Origin: an uncultured Planctomycetaceae bacterium
GTDB lineage: Bacteria > Planctomycetota > Phycisphaerae > SM23-33
NCBI GenBank assembly: GCA_964607575.1
Contig: CAZSLS010000008.1
Location: 9,799 to 73,798 of the forward strand
Reading direction: 5' to 3'
DNA length: 64,000 nt
Positions 19,403 through 27,446 of the stretch are shown here, in pieces; the first letter of the stretch is position 1, and each line of letters begins with the position of its first letter. The translations under genes and the position numbers were made by a program. The notes below the pieces were generated by a model. The model was not told where the DNA came from, searched no databases, and was given only the letters and a program-made list of their open reading frames with translations.

Positions 19403-19927
19403 TTACTTCCGCCGCCGTCTCAAGGCGACCAGCCCCCCCAAAGCCAGAAGCGAAAGCGTTGCCGGCTCGGGAGTGGTCATCGTGATCTGCCCGAAGCTGA
19501 TATCGTCGTAGTTGTTTCCGCGGAGTTCCGGATAAATCCGGATCGTGTTAGTACCGGCGTTGAGCATAGCCAGCGGTACGTTCAAACTGCCGTTATCGGG
19601 CGGGAATCCGGGGTGTATGGGCAGGTAGGCCAGGAAGGACCCGTTGATGAGAATGGGATTGTTATAATCCGAGCCGCAATACCCAAGGTTCAGGGTCGCA
19701 AATGTCGGGTTTTGGGGCAGTGTGAACGTGGTCTGCCAGTTGACCCCGGTGGCCGCCGCACCACCGTAGGGGGCGTGCTCTGAGAGCGTCTGGTCGCCGA
19801 GGTGGACCCATCCGGGGAGGATATCGGTTTCCTCGAAGCCAATTGGGATTGCCACCGCTGCTTGTGCGGCGATCACCATTACGGTTGCTGCGGCCAACAG
19901 GCTACTTTTCTTGCTGATCTGTCTCAT
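19403..19927 (-). CDS. PEP-CTERM sorting-domain protein
   Basis: N-terminal signal, and C-terminal TPEPATLSLLALGGLVALRRRRK (PEP motif, TM helix, basic tail). Confidence 0.8.
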   Translation of the reverse strand: MRQISKKSSLLAAATVMVIAAQAAVAIPIGFEETDILPGWVHLGDQTLSEHAPYGGAAATGVNWQTTFTLPQNPTFATLNLGYCGSDYNNPILINGSFLAYLPIHPGFPPDNGSLNVPLAMLNAGTNTIRIYPELRGNNYDDISFGQITMTTPEPATLSLLALGGLVALRRRRK

Positions 19928-20292
19928 TCCTCTCGTTCCTTTCTTTGCGTTGACGTCGCGTGAATATGGTTGCCCTCGTGGTGCAGGCTCACTGTCATTG
20001 TTGTAAAGCCGGCCGGTGCGGCCTGGCGCAGGAAAGGAAACGTGTGAGCGGGAACGCTCCTGGCCTCGTTTACATTCAGTTCCCCGGCCCGGCTAGCCAT
20101 TCCGGACGACGAACCTCATGCGAGCACAATCATAGCACGAGACTTGGATTTGACCAAGGAAAATCCCATTTTCGCAATGTTCCCGGCAGACCGATCGGGC
20201 GACGTACTTGTGTTTGGCCGGTGGCGGTGGTAGCGTGTCGTTCATGGGCATTAGCGTTCGAACATTCATTCTAGGAAAACGGGAGCAAAGCA

Positions 20293-20754
20293 ATGACATA
20301 CGCGAAATTCGGGATTATGGCACTGGTGCTGGTGGCGGTGATGATCGGCGGTTGTGGTGCGGCCATTGAGAAGGCTAACCAGGCAAAGTGCAGGGCGAAT
20401 CTCAACGGCATCATGAAGGCCTGCGCTATATATGCGGCGGAGAATAAGGATAAGTACCCCGAGAACCTGAAAATCCTGATGGATGACGACAGTGACCTGC
20501 TTCCCGCCGATGCTCTCAAGTGTCCCAGCGACAAGTCCCAACGAGCATGCAGCTACCTGTATGTGGCGCCCGCGCCTGATGCAGAGGAGCAGACATTGAT
20601 GTTGTGCGACCTCAAGGGCAATCACGCAAAGGTGCGGTGCGTGGCATTCAAGAACACAATCGGTACGAGAATGTCAGAAGAGGAATTCCAAGCCGCACTG
20701 AAACTGCCCCGCAACGCCGCATTCGCCGCCGCACTGGAAAAAGCAGGCGGTTAG
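20293..20754 (+). CDS. Membrane-anchored hypothetical protein (pseudopilin-like segment without a prepilin motif)
   Basis: MTYAKFGIMALVLVAVMIGGCG anchor or lipobox. CRANLNGIMKACAIYAAENKDKYPENL resembles the post-helix segment of type II pseudopilin-like proteins. Weak call. Confidence 0.45.
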   Translation: MTYAKFGIMALVLVAVMIGGCGAAIEKANQAKCRANLNGIMKACAIYAAENKDKYPENLKILMDDDSDLLPADALKCPSDKSQRACSYLYVAPAPDAEEQTLMLCDLKGNHAKVRCVAFKNTIGTRMSEEEFQAALKLPRNAAFAAALEKAGG

Positions 20755-21953
20755 CGGGCGATTGCTTCGCGGTAGAGGTCGATCATCATCGCTACCTGGG
20801 TCTCCCACGTGAAGTTCTGATATGCGTAGCGGTTGGCGTTGGGGCCTTTGGTCTGCTTGGAGTTCTGCTCGATCTCGCTGATGATGGCTGCGGCGAGCGC
20901 CTCGGGGTCGTCGACGGGGACCAGGGCGCCTACTTCATCGTTGATGAAGTCGGGCAGACCGCCTTCGTTGGTGGCTACCACGGGGGTCCCGCACGCCAGG
21001 GCCTCGATCGCGACCAGGCCGAACGCTTCGAAGCGCGAGGGTACGACCGAGACGTCGGCGGCGTTGTAGATGCGGGAGACCTTGTCCTGCGACTGGTGTC
21101 CGAGGAAATGTACGCCGGTCAGATCGAGTTCGTCTCGCAGGGCGTGCATTTCGTCCCAGAGCTGCCCATCGCCGGCGAGGACCGTCATCGCGCCGCCGAG
21201 GTGTTGTTCGTAGATTTTCGCGGCCCGGAGGAGTACGTCGATACCCTTGAACTCGGTGAACTTTCCGACGAAGCTGATCAGCGGTCCGTCGGCGGGGGGC
21301 AGATTGTGTTCGGCCAGCACGGCGGTTTTCGTGGCGTCGGGGATGAGCTTGAAGTGATCGACGCCGAACCCGTTCCAGATCAGCACTGCTCGGTTGTCCG
21401 CCACGCCGTAGGTCTCGACGACGTCGGTCTTCACCTGTCGGGAGATGGCGATAATCTTGTGGGCGCCGTTCGCTCCGGCCAGGGCCATCTCGCGATAGCG
21501 GGCGCACTGGGCGAATCCGAGCAGGTCCGTACCGTGACACGTGACGATGTACGGGACATGAGTTTCGGCGGCGATGCAGGGGGTGACCCACACGTGATGT
21601 GCGTGGATGACGTCCGGTTTGAAGTCGGTGATCGCATCGCCGATGGCCACCCGCCACGCCCGGACGTAGGCTTCCATCTGCGTGTCGGACAGTTCGGCGA
21701 ACGTTATCGTACTGCGCGGATGCGTGGTGAAACACGGAAAGTTGAAATCGAGCTGCGCCCCGCCGCCCGCGCCGTCGGGATCGCGGAAGATGATCGCCCT
21801 GGTCTCAAACGGATACTCATCGACGGGGCGGTGTTCGGGAACGATCGCCATCACCTCGTGTCCGGCCCGGAGCAACTCCAACGCCACGTTCAGCGCGTAA
21901 ATACCGCTCCCTGATCCCTGCAGCGGAAAATGGTTCGGCATGAGAATCTTCAT
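20751..21953 (-). CDS. GT4-family glycosyltransferase
   Basis: MKILMPNHFPLQGSGSGIYALNVALELLRAGHEV ... FVGKFTEFKGIDVLL ... VVPSRFEAFGLVAIEALACGTPVVATNEGGLPDFI (E-x7-E region). The start overlaps the stop of the upstream cyclase gene by 4 bp. Confidence 0.85.
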   Translation of the reverse strand: MKILMPNHFPLQGSGSGIYALNVALELLRAGHEVMAIVPEHRPVDEYPFETRAIIFRDPDGAGGGAQLDFNFPCFTTHPRSTITFAELSDTQMEAYVRAWRVAIGDAITDFKPDVIHAHHVWVTPCIAAETHVPYIVTCHGTDLLGFAQCARYREMALAGANGAHKIIAISRQVKTDVVETYGVADNRAVLIWNGFGVDHFKLIPDATKTAVLAEHNLPPADGPLISFVGKFTEFKGIDVLLRAAKIYEQHLGGAMTVLAGDGQLWDEMHALRDELDLTGVHFLGHQSQDKVSRIYNAADVSVVPSRFEAFGLVAIEALACGTPVVATNEGGLPDFINDEVGALVPVDDPEALAAAIISEIEQNSKQTKGPNANRYAYQNFTWETQVAMMIDLYREAIAR

Positions 21954-23191
21954 CTGGATTTTCGTGTTCGCAGATATTCGACCGCTTCGGTGATAATCGA
22001 TTCATCGAGATGGTGCAGTTCGCACTTGTCGCCCAGGTTGTCGGGCAGCGTCACGTTCAGGCGTCCGCCGAGGTGTTCGCGGAAGTCGGTAAGCCCGGCG
22101 AGGATGTCCAGCTCGCCGCCGGTCCGGCGCGAGAGATAGTCCAGATAGATCGGTAGCCCGCAGGCCGTCAGACCGTCGAGGATACGCTCGAACTGCTCGG
22201 AAGTTATCAGGCCTTCGCGCATCGCGTAGCAGGAGTCCAGGGCGATACCCACCGCCACCGCCTGCCCGTGCCCGACCCAGTAATCGCTCATCGTTTCGAT
22301 CTTGTGTGCCGACCAGTGTCCGAAGTCCAGCGGCCGGGCAGAGCCGGTCTCGAACGGGTCGCCGGCTGAGGAAATGTGGTCCAGGTGTACAATCGCGCAG
22401 CGGCGGATCAGCGTTTCCATCGCGGCGATGTCGCGATTTTTCAGGGCCTCGGCGTTATCGCAGAGGAACTCGAAGAATTCGGCATCCTTGATGATCGCCA
22501 CTTTGAAGGCTTCTGCTATTCCGCCGAGCCAGTCGCGATCGGCCAGCGTATCGAGCATCGAAAAGTCGTTGACCACCGCGAACGGCGGGGCGAACGTACC
22601 GATGAAATTCTTCTGCCCGTGTTCGTCCATGGATGTCTTGACGCCGACGCCCGCATCGTTCTGGGCCAGCACGGTAGTTGGCATGCGAACCACCCGCACT
22701 CCGCGATGGACCAGCGATGCGGCGAAGCCAACCGCGTCGAGCATCGCGCCGCCACCGATCGCCAGCACATAGCTCTGGCGGTCGAGGTGAATATTGCCCG
22801 CCGTCCAGAGTATGTCGCGGATCGTCTTCCAACCGTTCTTGGCGCCCTCGCCGCCGGGCACAATCGTCGGGCCGGAGGCGAGCTCGAGCGTCTTGCTGTG
22901 TGCGTGGAAGTATTCCTTTATCTCGGTGATGACCCCGGCGCGAGCCTCGGCGAGCCCGGAGTCAACGAAGATCGCCACCCGATGGACCCGCTGCTCGTCG
23001 AGTCGATCGAAGACCGACGCCAGCAGCGGATCGCCCGGAGCGAAAACGTCTCGCGCGAAGTGGACCGGATAATCGAACCGCACCGCAAATTGCTGATGAT
23101 AGACATCGGCTCCGGCGGCGATTCGACGAGGCGTATGCGATTCCCGGCTAATGCTCATGTTGGTAAATTCTCTCTGCTGCCCGCTGTCCAC
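21950..23191 (-). CDS. 3-dehydroquinate-synthase-like sugar phosphate cyclase (eboD-like)
   Basis: AIGGGAMLDAVGFAASLVHRGVRVVRMPTTVLAQNDAGVGVKTSMDEHGQKNFIGTF ... IAEAFKVAIIKD ... GHWSAHKIE ... HGQAVAVGIALD is a DHQS-superfamily pattern. It departs from the AroB VDSSVGGKTGIN block. Alternative start at 23158. Confidence 0.75.
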   Translation of the reverse strand: MDSGQQREFTNMSISRESHTPRRIAAGADVYHQQFAVRFDYPVHFARDVFAPGDPLLASVFDRLDEQRVHRVAIFVDSGLAEARAGVITEIKEYFHAHSKTLELASGPTIVPGGEGAKNGWKTIRDILWTAGNIHLDRQSYVLAIGGGAMLDAVGFAASLVHRGVRVVRMPTTVLAQNDAGVGVKTSMDEHGQKNFIGTFAPPFAVVNDFSMLDTLADRDWLGGIAEAFKVAIIKDAEFFEFLCDNAEALKNRDIAAMETLIRRCAIVHLDHISSAGDPFETGSARPLDFGHWSAHKIETMSDYWVGHGQAVAVGIALDSCYAMREGLITSEQFERILDGLTACGLPIYLDYLSRRTGGELDILAGLTDFREHLGGRLNVTLPDNLGDKCELHHLDESIITEAVEYLRTRKSR

Positions 23192-23252
23192 CCGTCGGCA
23201 GGTATTCTCTAGTAATCAACGCAGGCGAGCCGCCCGGATTTCCTGCATCCGC

Positions 23253-24581
23253 TTATTCTAACGAATTGCCCACCGCTCGGGCAAGGGAAACGATGTCGTT
23301 GATTTCTCCGCCCAGCGCTACCGACGAGGCCCAGGCGACCTCGCGACCCGCTCCGAAGGCCCCGTGCGACCCGCCGATACGCGACGAATCCTGGGAGATA
23401 CTGATAGGCGGCCAACCGAAGAACAGCTCGCATGGATCGAACCCGGGCTTGTTGTGGATATCGACGTGGCGCGCGTAGTCCGGCGCCTGCGCGGGATCGG
23501 TCCACCATTGATAACCGAGCCACCGCCCCTGGCTCGCCACCGCCAGCAGTTCGCCGGAATTCGGATGTCCCAGACCCAACCGGGCCATCGCTTCGGCGTC
23601 CAACACCGTCTCGATACCGTCGATGGTCCGCAGCGTTTCGGCAGCCAGCGCCACATCGCCCGGATTGGAAACGTAAACGTGGGCGATCTGGTGGTCGCAG
23701 ACTGCCACCGCGCGGCTTGCGGGCAGGACCGGGTAGAGCATCCCGTTGACCTGGCGCGTTTCGAGCAGCCCGGCATTGAGCAGGGCGCGGTTAGGCAGGA
23801 CCGCGGGGCCCGAGACCGGCGAGATCGCGTAATCGCCGAAAAGCAGCACTTCGTAACCGCACTGTTTCGCCCCGTTTATCAGGCGTCCGAGTTGGGCCTC
23901 CAGGGCGTCGGCGGCCTTGGCGGCGCGGGGTCCGTCGGGCCCGTATCGCTGGAGATCGTAGTCCAGCGTGGGCAGGTAGGTCAGGCAGAGATCGGACGCC
24001 AGGTCGCGGTCTTGGCATATCGCAAGTGTCGCGTCGGCGATCCAGTCGCCGGCCTTTACCGACGCCATGGGCCCCCAGTAGTGACTCAGCTTGAACTTCC
24101 GTCCGATCTGCTCGCAGAGGTTCTGATACAGCCCGGAGGGCTTGGTGTAGCAGTCCTGGATCATGCCCCCGTGATGCTTGTGGATCGGCGCGGGCGTGAC
24201 GATTATGTCGGCGGCTTCGCCTATCGACTGCTGCCAGAACAGCATCGCAACGCGCCCGCCCGCGGCGCGGAGATCTTTCCATATCCGCTCGCCGCTAACC
24301 AGGCCGGCGGATTGCTCCCAGAACATTACCCGCCCCAGGTCGCGCCGATAGAGCCCGTTGGCGATCATACCATGCACCGACGCGTCGGTGGCGGTACGGA
24401 ACGCGGCTTGGGCCGAACAGGTAACCCCCGGTACACCGCCGTCAATCGGCGCGAAGTCCAACCCCATCCACCGGACCGAATCGATCCCGCCGCCGCAGCG
24501 ACGCTTGAGGAACTCATAGCCCAGCGCGGCGGTCTGGACTACCAGCAGTTTTTTATGTTCTACCTTCCCGTCAGTTGCCAT
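23253..24581 (-). CDS. Alkaline-phosphatase/nucleotide-pyrophosphatase superfamily protein (eboF-like)
   Basis: ATG at 24581, 5 nt after the PmbA-like stop. VPGVTCSAQAAFRTATDASVHGMIANG matches the NPP nucleophile-Thr ... HG block. About 442 aa. Confidence 0.6.
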   Translation of the reverse strand: MATDGKVEHKKLLVVQTAALGYEFLKRRCGGGIDSVRWMGLDFAPIDGGVPGVTCSAQAAFRTATDASVHGMIANGLYRRDLGRVMFWEQSAGLVSGERIWKDLRAAGGRVAMLFWQQSIGEAADIIVTPAPIHKHHGGMIQDCYTKPSGLYQNLCEQIGRKFKLSHYWGPMASVKAGDWIADATLAICQDRDLASDLCLTYLPTLDYDLQRYGPDGPRAAKAADALEAQLGRLINGAKQCGYEVLLFGDYAISPVSGPAVLPNRALLNAGLLETRQVNGMLYPVLPASRAVAVCDHQIAHVYVSNPGDVALAAETLRTIDGIETVLDAEAMARLGLGHPNSGELLAVASQGRWLGYQWWTDPAQAPDYARHVDIHNKPGFDPCELFFGWPPISISQDSSRIGGSHGAFGAGREVAWASSVALGGEINDIVSLARAVGNSLE

Positions 24582-24586
24582 AGTCA

Positions 24587-25906
24587 CTACAGGGTGAAGC
24601 GGAAGTTGTCGATCAGTGCGCCCGGGAGATTCATGCTGTCTGTCGAGCGTGCGTAATATGTGTCGTTGTCGGGCAGGAACTCGCGATGGCTCGTCAGGTC
24701 GATCAGGTTCTCGCCGAGGATGCGATAGATCGTCTCGTCGAATCTCATGACGTTCAGCGGCGCGACGATCTTTCCGCCCTCTACCCAGAACGTCGCGAAT
24801 CGCGTCATGCCCGTCATGCGACAGGCCGGGACGTCCGAATAGTTCAGATACCACAGCGTGTTTACGTAAACCCCCGTGTCCAGCGCGTCCAGCACATTGT
24901 CGGTGTCGAGCGTTCCGACCGCCATCTCCAGCGAGCTGTGCCACTCGTTTCCGCCGGTTGTGGGTTGGTCATACTCAGCCGCACTGCGAGGCGAGATCAG
25001 GCAGTCGCGGTACTGACCGTCTTCTATCAGCGTTACGCATTCGGACTGGGCGTACCCGTATGTTGAGAAACGCGGCGCCAGTCCGCCGGCGGTGTTCTCG
25101 CGAATCGTCACTGACGGCGCCAGCGTCGCTCCGTCTGCGATCATCTTCAATAGCGACGTGTTCTTGGTGCGATGGTCCTTCAGGCTGAAACCGCCTCCCC
25201 ATGAGAGCATCTGCATTATCTCCTGCATCGCCGCCGGCGCCAGGAAAACGCGATACTCGCCCGGATCGATCGTTCGCGCCTCGCCGCTCAGCACCGCCAA
25301 CTGTTCGGCGGCTGTGTCGACGGTGCGGGCGAAATCCCGGTCGTCCCAGGCGAATCCGGCGTAGGAGGCCTTTACCGCTTTGTCGCCCTGGTGGTAGAAG
25401 CACCAGTCCATGTTGAAGCTCGGGCGGGCGTACCAGTTCTTCTGTCCGAGAGAATTGGCGAACCCCGCCTCGATAGCTCCGCCGGCGTAGATTCCGACCA
25501 GGTCGCGTCCCTTACCCGCGCTCAGAATGGTGTCGACTGCATCGTTTGACGCCGGAAGCGTGTTGTTGTGGACATCATGGCTCGAACATACATCGGTCGC
25601 GTAGAGCAGATACGGATCTTCGGGCACGTGCTTCAGGTCGCTGCGCATCTGTACGAGCAACGATAGAAGTTTTGGCTGGTCCGCGTCGCTCTGTCCGCTA
25701 AGCGTGGTCGACGAACTGATATGACGCTTCCCGTCGATCAATCTCAGCACAATATCCCGCTGGGTGACGCTTCCGGGCTGGCAGATCAGGGAGCGATTGA
25801 AGCGGACGAAATCCGACTGCTCGCCTTGGTAGTATCCCAGCAGCACTTCGTCACCGCTTAATGTTGCGCTGAGTGCATCAACGTATTTGTAGAGTAATTC
25901 CATCAT
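24587..25906 (-). CDS. PmbA/TldE-family protein (TldD partner)
   Basis: 439 aa with overall TldD/PmbA-fold similarity (GVYVNTLWYLNYSD, MTRFATFWVEGGKIV). No HExxxH-type motif seen. The start overlaps the TldD stop by 4 bp. Confidence 0.75.
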   Translation of the reverse strand: MMELLYKYVDALSATLSGDEVLLGYYQGEQSDFVRFNRSLICQPGSVTQRDIVLRLIDGKRHISSSTTLSGQSDADQPKLLSLLVQMRSDLKHVPEDPYLLYATDVCSSHDVHNNTLPASNDAVDTILSAGKGRDLVGIYAGGAIEAGFANSLGQKNWYARPSFNMDWCFYHQGDKAVKASYAGFAWDDRDFARTVDTAAEQLAVLSGEARTIDPGEYRVFLAPAAMQEIMQMLSWGGGFSLKDHRTKNTSLLKMIADGATLAPSVTIRENTAGGLAPRFSTYGYAQSECVTLIEDGQYRDCLISPRSAAEYDQPTTGGNEWHSSLEMAVGTLDTDNVLDALDTGVYVNTLWYLNYSDVPACRMTGMTRFATFWVEGGKIVAPLNVMRFDETIYRILGENLIDLTSHREFLPDNDTYYARSTDSMNLPGALIDNFRFTL

Positions 25907-27345
25907 TGCTCTTCTCCGCCGAATACGTCTACGTTTTCGAACAGCGCCGGGCTGCTGGCGTGTGCTACTCGGATAACCTGGTTCGGTTCGCCCTTACCGC
26001 AGTTCGGGGTGCCCATAACCAGCGTTTCATCCGCCGGGCCGACCGCCTTGAGGCTTCGCCAGAACGTCGCCGAAATTCCGCGGTAGTTGCAGTTCTTGAC
26101 CACCTTGGTGAGCTTCCCGTTTTCGATCAACCGCCCCCGTTCGCATCCGAACTGGAACTTGTTGCGGGAGTCGTCGATCGACCAGGAACAGTTGGTCTCC
26201 ATGTAAACGCCTCGCTCGACCGAGGCGACCATCCGCTCAAACGGTGTGTCGCCCGGTTCAAGATTCAGGTTCGCCATCCGATCTATCGGCGGGCGGTTCC
26301 AGCTGCACGCTCTGGCGTTTGCGACGCCGGGCAGTCCGGTGCGCCCCTGGCTTACCGTGGCTCCGAGCGACCGCAGGAGGACTCCGTCCTTTATGATCCA
26401 GGTTTTTTCAGCTTTTGCGCCTTCATCGTCGTAACCGTAGCTTGCCAGTTGCTCGGGGTGAGTTGGGTCGTAGGTGATGTTCAGCTTGTCGCTTCCGTAC
26501 TGGTACGAACCCAGCATATCCATGGTCACGAAGCTCGTGCCGGCGTAGTTGCGTTCGTCGCCTAGTATGCGGTCCAGTTCCAGCGGGTGTCCGATCGATT
26601 CGTGGATCTGCAGTATCATCTGGTCGGGCGCCAGGATCAGGTCGGTTGGTCCGGTGGGGCAGTTGTCGGCGGTAAGCAGTTCGATCGCCTCAGACGCCAA
26701 TCGCGGCGCCGCGGTGGTGAACCCGAATGTGTCGAGCACTTCCATTCCGCCCTGTTGACAGAACGAATGTCCGCCGAGTGAACGGGTTTGGGTTTCGGCG
26801 CCTTGGTTGGCCGTTACGTTCATCGAGGGGGTGGTGTAGTGGAAAGCCTGGGCGATCCGTCCGCCGTGGGAGGTGAGCAGCAGTGATTCTGTCGACAGCA
26901 TCCCTATCCCAGCCGACCAGTCCACGATGCGGTCATCGGTTTTCAGGCGGGCGCACTGCTGTTTGAGCAGATCGTAGCGGTCCTCCAGGCTCACCTCGGA
27001 CCATGGGCGGATGTTCGGTCCGGACAGTTCGGCCTGATGGCTCGGCCAGTCGATTTTTGAGAAATCGGTCACCGCCCGTCCTGACGCCTGTTTGGCCCAC
27101 CAGGCCGCCCGCGCGGCCGCTTCAGAGAGTCCCGCCGGGCCGAGATCGCACGTGGCGGCGTAGCCCAGACCGCCATCTGCAACCACGGTTATCATCACGC
27201 CGGCCTCTTCGCAGCGTGAGACGGGCAACGGTTCATCCTCCCTGACCGCGACGGATTCTTCGCGTTCGACGAGATAGCGAACCGAACAATAATCCACGCC
27301 GGCGGGCATGGCGTCGCGCAGGCGTTTTTCGAGAGTTTCTGTCAC
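25903..27345 (-). CDS. tldD: TldD-family metalloprotease
   Basis: GTG start at 27345. Metal-binding block ILQIHESIGHPLELD, plus GVYMETNCSWSIDDSRNKFQFGCERGRLIENGKL and a C-terminal pattern typical of TldD. Confidence 0.85.
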   Translation of the reverse strand: MTETLEKRLRDAMPAGVDYCSVRYLVEREESVAVREDEPLPVSRCEEAGVMITVVADGGLGYAATCDLGPAGLSEAAARAAWWAKQASGRAVTDFSKIDWPSHQAELSGPNIRPWSEVSLEDRYDLLKQQCARLKTDDRIVDWSAGIGMLSTESLLLTSHGGRIAQAFHYTTPSMNVTANQGAETQTRSLGGHSFCQQGGMEVLDTFGFTTAAPRLASEAIELLTADNCPTGPTDLILAPDQMILQIHESIGHPLELDRILGDERNYAGTSFVTMDMLGSYQYGSDKLNITYDPTHPEQLASYGYDDEGAKAEKTWIIKDGVLLRSLGATVSQGRTGLPGVANARACSWNRPPIDRMANLNLEPGDTPFERMVASVERGVYMETNCSWSIDDSRNKFQFGCERGRLIENGKLTKVVKNCNYRGISATFWRSLKAVGPADETLVMGTPNCGKGEPNQVIRVAHASSPALFENVDVFGGEEQ

Positions 27346-27446
27346 AGTGTGTTTCCTGTTTTGTTGTTACACATAATAAGGCATTGGCGTGTCGCGTAAA
27401 CAAAAGCTTTTTCAGCATCAAAGATGGTAAGGCGATACCCGCGGCG

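Noticed and set aside
27233-27421. 62-aa ORF upstream of and overlapping TldD, considered as a possible RiPP-like precursor
   Set aside because: It overlaps the TldD coding region out of frame, and the C-terminal two thirds are Arg-rich shadow sequence. There is no leader/core-like organisation.
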